From positions 28,520,001 through 28,584,000 of the forward strand of contig NC_083437.1 in assembly GCF_020745735.1 (NCBI RefSeq): a stretch of 64,000 bases of DNA, read 5' to 3'. Source of the stretch: Hemiscyllium ocellatum (lineage: Eukaryota). The notes under the pieces were generated by a model. The model was not told the origin of the DNA, made no database searches, and saw only the letters and a list, made by a program, of their open reading frames with translations. Every line of letters begins with the position of its first letter. The stretch's first letter is position 1. The position numbers and the translations under genes were made by a program. Positions 52,397 through 64,000 of the stretch are shown one piece after another.

Positions 52397-55300
52397 TCCT
52401 TGCTTTAGTACTCTTAAAAATTAGGTCTGGAGTTCAGAGTCCCTGGCAAAACTCAAACTGAACAGGTTTTTGTCACTAAGTGCATCTTGATAGTGTTGTC
52501 TGAGTCTCAATAACAGAATTTCACAGCTTCCAAAACCAGCCCACGTACTGGTTAGACTTACAAGGTGCACAGTCTGAGTTTGAATGGACACATGCTTTAA
52601 TCCTTGGCTTCTTTAGTCGGGTACGCTGCTCATTCAAGGTGCTCAACATCATGAGGGGATTGTGTAGAATTAATAATGAAGAACTGCTCCTGTTGAAGGA
52701 AGGTTCAGTAGCCAGCAGTTTACAGATTTGAGATGTTTAGCAAAATAATTAAAGGCATAACGAGAACAAAAACTTTAGTTACTCAGGGAAGGAGAGTTTG
52801 GATTTTAATGAAATACAAATACATGGGAATAAGGTAGATTTCACTCAATGAAGAGACTCTGAAATTGGTATTTAAAAATTGAAAGAAATTGAAAACATTT
52901 TTCTTGATGATGAGAATCCAATTTTTAATTCTTTATGTATTTTACTACCTCCCCCCTTCACACTCCGCCCCCCTGCCCATTACTCTCACACCAGGCAGGG
53001 GAAATTCCACCCTGTATTATGACCAGGGAAATGCACTGCTTTAGTAGGCATTGGAAGCAAGTTCAGCACTAACGTTTGAACGGAAATTGGATGAATACTT
53101 GAAGATGGCACATCAGCTATGAGGAAAGAGTAGGGAAGTGCAACCAACTGCATCGTCTGCCTCACTCAATAAGCTGTTACAGGAAAAATGGGTTGAATGC
53201 CCTCCTTCTATGCTGCATCATCCCACTGTGCTTGGGAGGGTGTGTCACTCTTTAACCCGTGATGGGTAATAAGTGGGAGTTTTCAAAATTTCTTGTAAAG
53301 AACTTTCCGGTGCAATCATTAGTTTTTTTTGAAAGATTCTACCCTATGGAGTTGAGGCAGTGAATATTTTAAAGTCAGAGTAGATCGATTTCCCTTGCCT
53401 AAAGAAGGTTAGCCGGGGTGTGGATATGAATGTGGATTGAAGCAAATAGCCGTGGTCTGAATGGTGGAGCAGGATTCAAGGGGCCAAATGTACTCAATTT
53501 GTGTGTCCTTTTCAGAGATTAAACAAGCCACCAATGAGATTTATAAACCAACCTAACCTAGTTTGGTTAAATGTTTGAACAAAAAGCAAGTTGATTTTCA
53601 TAAAATCAATAGGTTGTCTATTTATGAGGTAATGCCATTTTCAAGTTTCCCAGACGGAGCTTTAATTGGAAGGAAAGTCAAGTGTAGAAAGAAGAACAGG
53701 ACAAGAGGGAACTCGCTGAATGAGGTGTGGGGGAATGGGAAGCGCATGTTTTAGCTCAACTTTTGTTACTAGAGGAATTGTAACGATTCAAAGGGGAAAC
53801 TAAAATCCATGACAAAGCATGTGTTTTTGCTGGGTCAGCTTTTGGGTGAAATGGGTAAGGAAAATGAAAATGTTTACCCTCAGAATTTTATGCGAGGTAA
53901 TTTAGCTAACAACAAACCTGGGCAGAACCAACTGTAGCGTTTACGGCTTGTCTTCGACATAAAAAGCATTAGGAGTACGAGCAGGAAGTTAGTCATCCAT
54001 TTGGGTCTGTTCCAGTTGTCGCTACGATCAGAACATTTTATTTGGATTTGTTCATGGTGTGCGTGAACCAGATGGATTTTTATGACGTTGTCACCATTAG
54101 ACTGGCTTTTTATTGACTTCAAATTTTCACCATCTCTCATGGGGTTTTCGAACCCATATGCCCAGAGCATTAATCAGCAGTTATGTGCCACCACCTCTCC
54201 CATCAGAGCTGATCACTTTCCCGTCTGCACACATACCATCCTCACAATGCTCAACTCCCTTGTTAACTCTGGGCCCGCATTTATTGCCCATCACTAACTA
54301 TGCTGGAGAAAGTGATGGTAAACTGACTTCTTGAACCACTGCAGTACGTGTAGCGTTAGAGGTATGCACATTGGGATTTCAACTCAGTTACACTGAAGGA
54401 ATGGTAATATATTTCAAAGTCAGGATGATGAGTGATTTGGAGGGAATCTTGCAGCTGGTAAGTGTTCCCTTCTACCTGCTGCTTTTGTCCTTCTCGATGA
54501 TAGAGATCACAGGTTTGGAAAGTGCAGCCATGGGGATTTGTTACAGTGTAGGTTATAGATGGTACAGATGGTCCTTAACTAATACGGTTTTGCTAATGAC
54601 ATGGTTTTTACTTTACTACATGATCCAAAAACAAGCGCCTGATTCGCGGTAACATGGTTCTTAACTGACTCCCGGCAGCGTGGAGTAATAAATTTATGCC
54701 AAAACTCAGCTTTCTGAACAGGTTCATGCCTGTTCAGCTTGTTTGGCTGTTGCCTGTCCCAATTAAAGCGTTTAAGATTTTTAAAATCTGCACGCCGCCT
54801 TCCACCTCCACAGAAGCAACCCCACATATGAGGCAAGAAATGTTGTTTTTGCGTATTTCATACCTATTTTGGTGTTTCATATTAACTTTACGCTTGTATT
54901 CTGTATTTGATTAACGTTCTGGGAAAGAAGCACGAACATCCACAAGTTTCTGTGGGAATGTGTGTTTTGAATAGCAAAGTTTCACTTAATATGGCGATTG
55001 TCAGGAACATAGCCACTGCATTAATCAAGGATTACTTGTACTAATGTCTGCCACTGTGAATCAGCCATGGAAGAGGTGAAAGTTGAAGGTGGTGGATGCC
55101 CATCAAGTAGGTTGCTTTGTTCTGGATAGTGTCAAATGTTTTGAATGTTGTTAGAGTTGCACTCATCCAGAAAATTGTACAATATTCCATCACAGTCCCG
55201 AGTTGTGCCTGGTAGATGAAGGACAGACCTGAGGGAGTCAAGTGATGAATAGCTTACTGCAGGATTCCTAATCTTTAACCTAGTCTTTTGGCCACAGGTG

Positions 55301-55625
55301 GTCTTTTAGGTGGTTAGTCTAGTTCAGTTTATGGTCAATTATAATGCCCAGGATGTATTGGTCAGGATTTAACAATGGTAATATATTGAACAAAAGGCAA
55401 TGGTTAGATTCTAAATTCTGAAGATAGGCTTTGCTTAATACTCACGTTGCAAGAATCTCACTTGTCACTGTCAACCCAAGCCTGGATATTAACCAGATCT
55501 TGCTAAAACTTGGACACGGACTGCTTCAGTATCTGAGGCACCAGGGATGGAAATGTATACGTACTGTACAGTCATCAGCAAACTTCCAGAATTCTGACCT
55601 CACCATGATTATAGATGCTGTCACA

Positions 55626-55750
55626 CCTGATGAAGGGCTCAGCCCCAATGCGTCGATTTTCCTGCTCCTCAGATGCTGCCTGACCTGCTGTGCTTTTCCA
55701 ACAACACCCTCAACTCTGATCTCCAGCATCTGCAGACCTCATTGTCTCCT
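55626..55750 (+). mobile_element. Short Penelope-derived element
   Basis: Reverse complement of the 24438 family, with CTGATGA at 55627. Confidence 0.7.
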
Positions 55751-56078
55751 GCTGCCAGGCCTGCTGAGTTTCTCCAGCAACTTGTTTTTATTTCAGATTT
55801 CCCCATAAGCAGTACTTTTCTTTTGTTAAAACGGGTAACCTCTGTTTTATTCATCCAATGGGATCTCCTTGCCCCCATCTACTTCAAATAAATTCTTCAT
55901 GATTTATGTCTATGTTTAATAATCAGGGGATTCTAACACTGCATTGTTAACACTGGCTTCATAGGACAGAGGATTCAGAAAACAGTATCTCGTTTATTTA
56001 GTCCTCCAGCTACTATTCGCTACTTCCCTCTTTTGGTGCCATCATGCACTTCTGGCAAGATGGTGGCGGAGTAAGACC

Positions 56079-57723
56079 AATGTCCCGGAGCAGCGCGAGG
56101 GGGATTGTGTCCCGGAACAGCGCGAGGGGGAATAATGTCCCGGAGCAGCGCGGGGGGAATCGTGTCCCGGAGCAGCGCGAGGAGGGGATAATGTCCCGGA
56201 GCAGCGCGAGGGGGAATAATGTCCCGGAGCAGCGCGAGGGGGAATCGTGTCCCGGAGCAGCGCGAGGGGGAATCGTGTCCCGGAGCAGCCCGAGGGGGGA
56301 TAATGTCCCGGAGCAGCGCGAGGGGGAATAATGTCCTGGAGCAGCGCGAGGGGGAATCGTGTCCCGGAGCAGCGCGAGGGGGGATAATGTCCTGGAGCAG
56401 CGCGAGGGGAATAATGTCCCGGAGCAGCGCGAGGGGGAATAATGTCCCGGAGCAGCGCGAGGGGGAATCGTGTCCCGGAGCAGCGCGAGGGGGAATAATG
56501 TCCTGGAGCAGCGCGAGGGGGAATCGTGTCCCGGAGCAGCCCGAGGGGGGATAATGTCCCGGAGCAGCGCGAGGGGGAATAATGTCCTGGAGCAGCGCGA
56601 GGGGGAATCGTGTCCCGGAGCAGCGCGAGGGGGGATAATGTCCTGGAGCAGCGCGAGGGGAATAATGTCCCGGAGCAGCGCGAGGGGGAATAATGTCCCG
56701 GAGCAGCGCGAGGGGGAATCGTGTCCCGGAGCAGCGCGAGGGGGAATAATGTCCCGGAGCAGCGCGAGGGGGAATCGTGTCCCGGAGCAGCGCGAGGGGG
56801 GATACTGTCCTGGAGCAGCGCGAGGGGGAATCGTGTCCCGGAGCAGCGCGAGGGGGAATCGTGTCCCGGAGCAGCGCGAGGGGGGGAATAATGTCCTGGA
56901 GCAGCGCGAGGGGGAATAATGTCCCGGAGCAGCGCGAGGGGGAATAATGTCCCGGAGCAGCGCGAGGGGGAATCGTGTCCCGGAGCAGAGCGAGGGGGGA
57001 TAATGTCCCGGAGCAGCGCGAGGGGAATAATGTCCCGGAGCAGCGCGAGGGGGAATCGTGTCCCGGAGCAGCGCGAGGGGGGATACTGTCCTGGAGCAGC
57101 GCGAGGGGGAATCGTGTCCCGGAGCAGCGCGAGGGGGGATAATGTCCCGGAGCAGCGCGAGGGGGAATCGTGTCCCGGAGCAGCGCGAGGGGGAATCGTG
57201 TCCCGGAGCAGCGCGAGGGGGGGGAATAATGTCCCGGAGCAGCGCGAGGGGGATTGTGTCCCGGAGCAGCGCGAGGGGGAAATAATGTCCTGGAGCAGCG
57301 CGAGGGGAATAATGTCCCGGAGCAGCGCGAGGGGGAATCGTGTCCCGGAGCAGCCCGAGGGGGGATAATGTCCCGGAGCAGCGCGAGGGGGAATAATGTC
57401 CTGGAGCAGCGCGAGGGGGAATCGTGTCCCGGAGCAGCGCGAGGGGGAATAATGTCCCGGAGCAGCGCGAGGGGGAATAATGTCCTGGAGCAGCGCGAGG
57501 GGGGATAATGTCCCGGAGCAGCGCGAGGGGGAATAATGTCCCGGAGCAGCGCGAGGGGGGATAATGTCCCGGAGCAGCGCGAGGGGGAATAATGTCCCGG
57601 AGCAGCGCGAGGGGGAATCGTGTCCCTGAGCAGCGGGAGGGGAATAATGTCCCGGAGTAACGCGAGGGGAATAATGTCCCGGAGCAGCGCGAGGGGAATA
57701 AAGAACCGGAGCAGCGGGAGGGG
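56079..57723. repeat. GC/CpG-rich ~28-bp minisatellite, roughly 59 units
   Basis: Unit G4-8 AAT(AA/CG) TGTCC(C/T)GGAGCAGCGCGA, read directly. Confidence 0.98.
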
Positions 57724-60367
57724 TGAAACAAGTCCGAGATCTGGGAGAGGCTAAGCAAGTCCCAAAGCAGTGGAATTTGCCTTGGTGCAGCTGTGGGTCT
57801 GGCAGAGGGCCCTGGAGGATTGGATAGGAGCAGGACTGTTATTGGACTGGGCTCTGACGCGGGTGGTCTGACCACATGCTGACTGAGCTGCTACAATGTA
57901 ATGTCGATCTGAAATTATTTTGCTGGACTGTAATGTCAATTGTTTAACTATGTTATAACTATCTTACTTCCAACTTATTTTTTAGACACTATAAGTAATG
58001 CTCCTCCTTTTCCTTTTATTCCTCTTTTGAATCCAAGATTTGTACCCAGGTATTGTACCTAAGATGGCTCTATTAGAGGCAGCCATTGTAAAAACTTTTC
58101 ACTTTACTCATGTACTTCTGTACTAGAGTATACATGACAATAAAGGATATTATATTTTGTGTTATGGAGGAGGAGCCACACAGACAAAATCAAAATGAAA
58201 GAACGTGTTTTCAGATAGTGTTTTTTCTACATCTAGACATTCTAAAGTCCGTACTTTGGAATTGTTGTAACTGTTTACATATAAATAAACATGGCAGTAA
58301 ATTTGTGCAAATTAAGGTCCCTGAAGCAGTGATTTGATATTCAGAGAATCTGTTCTAGAATAAACGACTGACAGTTGTATATGACTTTGTGTGAACATCA
58401 GACAATTTAAAGCACTTTATTGCTGAAGAAGTGCTGCTGAATTGCGGCTGCTATTGTAATATATGGAGCAGCCAATATGCACAGCGCAAACTCCCATAAC
58501 CAGCAACATAATAATAGAGAATCTGTTTCTGCGATGTGGATTGAACAATGAATATTGACCAGGCACCAATAAGGATTGCCTCCTCTTCTTCGCAATACTG
58601 CCATAGGGTCGTTTGCCTCCACCTACGAGATGTTTCATCTGTAAAGAAGCATTTTTGACAACGCTCCACTCTTTCAGTTCTGCAATGGAGTATGAGCCTA
58701 GTTTCTGTGATCAAGCACTGGGATTGAGGTTTGAACCTGTAACCTGTTGGCTTAAAAGCTAGAGTGTTACCAACTGAATCATAGCATGATTACAAGTCTC
58801 TCATGAAGTTATTTTCAATGCAACGGCTCACTTACCTTTTCCACATACACCCCTACCCCAACCCCTATTATCTCCCAGCCCATACACACCCTCAGAACCA
58901 TAATCATTTCTGAGAGAACAGAGATAGTCTCAGGGATGGTGTTGTGAAAGCATTTTCTCACCAATGCAAAGCATTTCAGACCTGGTGGTAACTGAATTCT
59001 GAGAAGCATTGAAGACCAGTTAGAAAGCTAATAATTCAAAGCTGTTGTCACCTCTGTGGGATGCATTTTGCTGCTTGTTTCTCTTCTTTGGACACTCCTT
59101 TTCTGTCTAAATTACCAGCTGTTTGCACACCATTTCTGAGATATGCTGTCTGAGTATGTAAAATCAGCATTCACAAAAAACTACTTGGAATATCAAACTG
59201 GCAGCACAGAACCAAAGTGCGTAATGCATTGTGCAACATTTCCCTCAAGTTACCCCAACCAACATCTAAAGTTGGTGTGCGCTTCATGTGTTCGGAGTGT
59301 CTTTGCTGTTTGTTCCTGTTTTTGATAACTGTATTCCTTGTAGCTACATCTGGTATTTTTTGTTTTCAAGGGTAGGAAAAAGTAATGGAATAGTTGAGAC
59401 ATATTGGGGGAAATCATCTGAAAAGTTCCTGTACAATCCCTTCAGGTGGTTAAAATTAGTCCAGTGTATCAGAAGTACCATGCATATGAAGCCTTGAGTT
59501 TATATAACATTTCTCTTCAGATTCTGGATGCATCACATGCATCCTGGTACCTTCATTCAGATAAATCTAATTGTCTCTGAACCTTGTAAAATATGGAAAA
59601 TATTATTGGAACAGAAATTGGCCATTCAGACCTTACTGCTCTTCCATTCTACTAAATATGGCTTCTCAGTATCTTAACTCCATCAACCAACTTCAACAGT
59701 CGCATTACTGCACTGGTCAAATCATATAACTTAGAATAGACTAGGGCTTGACTGTGGAATCTGCTGTTGTGTGTAACTCATAGAACCCTAACAGCAGGAA
59801 TAGTACACTTGGCCGCTCGATCCTGCTCCACCATTCAATAGGATCATGGCTAATCATCCAACTCAGTACCTTGGTCCTGCTTTTGCTCCACACCCTATAA
59901 TCCCTTTCACCATAAGAACTATCTCTAACATCTTCGTGAAAACTCTGGATGTTTTGACCTCAGCCACTTTCTGTGGCAGAGAACTGCACACAGGCTCTCC
60001 ACTCACTGGGTGAAGAAATTTCTCATTATCTTTATCCTAGATGGTTCACCCCCTATCCTTCAATTGTGACCCTTGGTTCTGGAGAGACGGACAGCAGAGA
60101 GTGCCATTGACAAGTTGGCTGTGGTGGGAACCAAAAGGAAAGATTTGAAGGATCAGGAACTTCATGAGAATATGCTGAGGAGGAAAGTCATAGCTGCCAT
60201 AGGAGTGAAGAGGAAGCAATTGTTAATTATTTTCCAAAACCCTAATTTTTGATTTTAATAACATTTTAAAATGTTAAATGTATTATTTTTGATAGAGTGG
60301 ATGCAAAGTCAGATATTGGGACTGGGGTAGTTTGTGTAGGATTGTATAATGACAAACAAATCCTTTG

Positions 60368-60456
60368 CTAAAAATCACACAACACCAGGTTATAGTCCAA
60401 CAGGTTGAACTGGAAGCACTAGCTTTCAGAGCGCTGCTCCTTCATTAGGTGATTGT
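60368..60456 (-). mobile_element. Penelope-derived arm (second family)
   Basis: aaaatcacacaacaccaggttatagtccaacagg...gctccttcattagg. Confidence 0.7.
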
Positions 60457-62749
60457 GACAACCATCATGACTACCATCGAATCCTTTGCTGCCTGCCACC
60501 TCCCTTTCTCTCACTGCTCTATCCCATTGGCTGGAACATAACCTCAGATCACATTACACCAATTAGTAAGGTGCCCACTTGTACATAACGCTTCCTGGGA
60601 TATTTATTGGAAATCTCCTCTGAAATACTTATGTGATCTGTTAGACCCCAGGGACCAACTGTTAGACAGTAACTACTGTTTGACGTTGGATTATTGTTGG
60701 TGTTATCTGGTTGACAAGCTTAGCAAAAATCTCAATCGAAACATTGAATCTAGATATTACCGTGAACTGAGATCGACCAGTTCTCGGACGGTGAGATTTC
60801 AGCATCTCTGCTCAACTGACTGGTGATAAACTGAGGGAACCTTCCAGACCCGGATCCATAAATCCAGCTCTTTTCCCATATTGGAAAGTGTGTTCTTCAA
60901 ATAAATCACATTATAGCGGTAAGTCAGTCTGCCAACTTTTGCAAGAGTTGAATTAATTGTTTCCTCGATCATTCCTATTCCCTTTCCACCTTCACTTTCG
61001 GTTTTTCTCTTGTTCTCTATATGACCTGCTTTTTCAAACTCTGTGTTTGACAGCCATTTTTCACCCAATGTTTCTCCGGTTTCTGTCTCTCCCATCTTCC
61101 TCGAACAGACTTTCTGTGTCTAAGTCTCTTTCCCTCTCCCTCAAACACACAATACAATTCGAACACCTCCATCAAAGCTTGTCTTCAAGTTTTCTTTGTT
61201 GAGGGAATACCCACACTTGTTGACAACCCAGAGAAAGGTAACCGGACATTGCACTTGAGAAACCAGCAGAGGATGCAAAAATGTATGATTTTATTGTCAT
61301 CATGGTGTTAGCTGTAGGTGTGAAAATGTCAAGAATTGAACAGAGATTCACATAAACCCTTTGCAGTTTTTCTCACAAAATCTCACAATGGCATCAAGGG
61401 AGAACGTCGCGAGGCGTTAATTTCTCTCAGATTTTAATGAGTCATTAAAAGTTCAATTGTTTGGGTTTGTTTTGACGAATTATTATCAACGGGAGGGAAG
61501 TTGATCGCTCCTTTACACAGCTGTTACTTCTACCGCTATGCTTTAGACTTGGGAAATGAATCAAATATCGACAACTATTGCAGGGTCCACTGATATTTCA
61601 TCACAATGTAATAATCTTGGACTGTTGGTAACAGATTTAAGACTGCACCCTGTAGTCCTGTCCACCATGAGTATTCCTTCTATAATGATGTAATTAGTGA
61701 CCGATATGACAATCTGCACGAACCCTAAACAGAACAGGGTACAATCAATCCGTTTGGCTGCACAGACATTCTTCTTTCTAAGGCAGTGGATCATGTCCCG
61801 GGGAGGTGAGTGCACGCAGCAAATATCAGAAAACCCACCAAGAATTCTAACCCTGTCATCTTAAAGACCTATGATCATATTTACAGCTCAGATAAATGAC
61901 TATTGTTATGAGTAGCCCAGTTATAGTTCATTTGCAAAGAAAATTAGTTGGAATTGATGGAAGTAGGCCATTCGGCCCAACAGGTTCATGCTGATGTTCG
62001 TGGTTCACTCAAGCCACTTTCCACTCTGCTTCAAATTTAGAAACAAATCATAAGACAGAAAGAGATCTCACATTTCACTCCATCAGCAAAGCCTTCTCTT
62101 ATTTTCCTCCTTTTTTTCAGGTTCTCTTTAAATCCATTTTCACTACCCCCTGTGGTGATGAGTTCCACATTCTCCTGAATTCCGTTTTGGATTCCATAGT
62201 GACTCTCCGACATCTATCTCTGGTTTTGGTCTCCTCCTTGTGGGGAAACATGTCTACAGCAAATCTAGATAGCACACTCTCATAATCTTAAAGAACTCAA
62301 ACTATTTACTCTCCAACTCTCCAGAAGAGGCCCTGGCTTGTTCAGTCTTTCCTGATTGATGTAATCTTGGGGTCAGGTGGAGTTTTTGTAAATGTTTTGA
62401 ACTTTCTCCAGTGCTTCCCTATTCCTTTCAAAAATGAAAACTAAAACTGTGGAGAATGCTCAGAATGTTGTTCAAGTAATATTCTATAGAAGAGCAACAT
62501 TAATTCTGGTGTTATATTCTATCACTTAGGAAATTAATTTTGCAGTTTATGGTTTTTGCATTCCTTGCTTTGATGATTTGTGGATATGAAACCTGAAATC
62601 CTTTTGCGTCTTTACCTCATTGATTTTCTAAGGAGTGGGTGGCCTCCTTGTTTGTCCCACCAGAATGTACCATTTTGCATATTCTTCCTAGAATCAATTA
62701 CACCCTCCAAATTTATGTCACCCATAAAATTTGAAACTGCACTTCTGAT

Positions 62750-63500
62750 AGTCAGAGTCTTTTTCCCAGGGTAGGAATGTCAATTAGTAAGGGACATAGG
62801 TTTAAGATAAAAGGGGATAGTTTAAAGGAAATATGAAGGCTAGTTTTGTACAGTGTCTGGAATACGCAGGCGGAGGATTTGGAGAAGGAGGTACAATAGC
62901 AACATTTAACATATGTGTATAGAGAATAGAGGGATATGGACTGCGTAAAGGCAAAAGGTTTTTAGTTTAGATAGGCACCATGTGTCAGTGCAGTCTTGGT
63001 GGGCCAAAGGGCCTCTTCCTGTGCTGGACTGCTCTATGTTCCCAAGTCCAAATATGATGTTATCCACTTTGGTAGGAAAAACCAAAACGCAGTATTTCCT
63101 AAATGGTGAGAGGATGGGAAGTGTAGAGAATGGGAAATGTAGAGGATGGGAAATGACGTGCTGTCCTTGTTTGGGAGTCACAAAACTTCAATCTGGCGGT
63201 GTAAATTTTATGTTGACCTTCACTAAATATTGTTTGTTGGAGCAGTGTTGTTTTGTTGCAAATACACGGGGCCTAGGTGAGACCATGTTGAAGTATTCTA
63301 TGCAGTGTTGGTCTCCTTGCCGACTGAGAGGTATATTTGTGGCAGAGAGGTATATTTGTGGCAGAGAGTGCAATGAAGGTTCACTAATTTCTGGAATGGA
63401 GGGATGATATGAGGAAAGATTAAATAGACTGGTTCTTTATTTTCTAAAATGTGGAAGATTTAGAGGCAATATCATTGAAACTTAGAATTCTAAATGGGCA
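62750..63500 (+). mobile_element. Degenerate CR1 LINE fragments
   Basis: gggccaaagggcct...ctgtgctg tail at about 63000-63040, and YFLNGE / QCWSP remnants. Confidence 0.65.
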
Positions 63501-64000
63501 GGGAGAGGTGGTGTTGCAGTGATAATGTTATTGGACTAGCGATTCCATAAACCCAGGTTAATGTTTCAGGAATATGGATTCAAATCTCAGATGGTGATAT
63601 TTGAATTCAGTAAAAAAAAGCTGGCCTGTGTAAGAGCCATCAATAATTGTAAAAACCCACCTGGTTCACTAATGTCCTTCTGGGAAGGAAATCTGCCATT
63701 TCCTTCTGGTCTAAGGATTCCAGACCCCAACAATGTGACTGACTCTTAACTTCTCTTCAACTGAGTCCTGCACCCCGCTAATTAGTTTAAAGCCCAGTTA
63801 TATAATTCACTAGGATACTGGTCCCAGTAAGGTTTACTGAAACCCATCCCATTGGAAAAATACTCTCTTTCCCCAGTACTAGTTCCAGCTCCCCATGAAT
63901 CAGAACCCATTTCTCCCACAGCAATATTTTATCCGTGAATGTATACCTCTACTCCTATTTAGTTTAGCCCCAAGCTACTCATGCATTATCTTTCAGTAGA

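Noticed and set aside
56079-57723. CRISPR-like appearance of ~28-bp repeats
   Set aside because: There are no unique spacers and no cas genes, and the context is vertebrate.
56013-57875. 620-aa minus-strand ORF and overlapping plus-strand ORFs
   Set aside because: The unit length is not a multiple of 3 and the G-runs vary, so the frame cycles. This is a minisatellite artefact.
46000-64000. DNAJC11 exons expected from human synteny (and KLHL21 upstream of PHF13)
   Set aside because: No matching peptide was recognised in the ORFs or hand translations. 50100-50340 is a LINE RT remnant (KAAFDKV).

Overview
This is eukaryotic vertebrate DNA, and the repeat content (HE1-type V-SINE, DeuSINE-like SINEs, abundant CR1/L2/Rex1/RTE LINEs, Penelope-like elements) points to an elasmobranch (inference). 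Two + strand protein-coding genes can be assembled by eye with canonical GT-AG junctions, in the same order as on human 1p36. PHF13 has 4 coding exons (6642-27773, 651 aa) and THAP3 has at least 4 coding exons (34584-45646, about 222 aa). No KLHL21 or DNAJC11 exons were recognised, and there are no prokaryotic features, tRNA/rRNA genes or CRISPR arrays. The most unusual structure is in PHF13 intron 2. A ~230-bp solo LTR is split at its own TATA box by a 7-kb head-to-tail stack of about seven retro-insertions: 3' pieces of a Tx1-clade LINE plus a 1.7-2.1 kb non-coding element whose 5' end is a copy of the LTR target, so each insertion regenerates the landing site. Other notable items: a 30-bp coding VNTR (about 32 x QQPLTPExRV) that doubles the length of PHF13; about ten Penelope-derived inverted-repeat elements with hammerhead-like cores; a decayed duplicate of THAP3 exon 1; a CpG-rich 28-bp minisatellite inside a retroposon-like element; and a candidate antisense spliced transcript convergent on THAP3. 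Repeat-family names come from recalled motifs, not database searches, and repeat boundaries are approximate.
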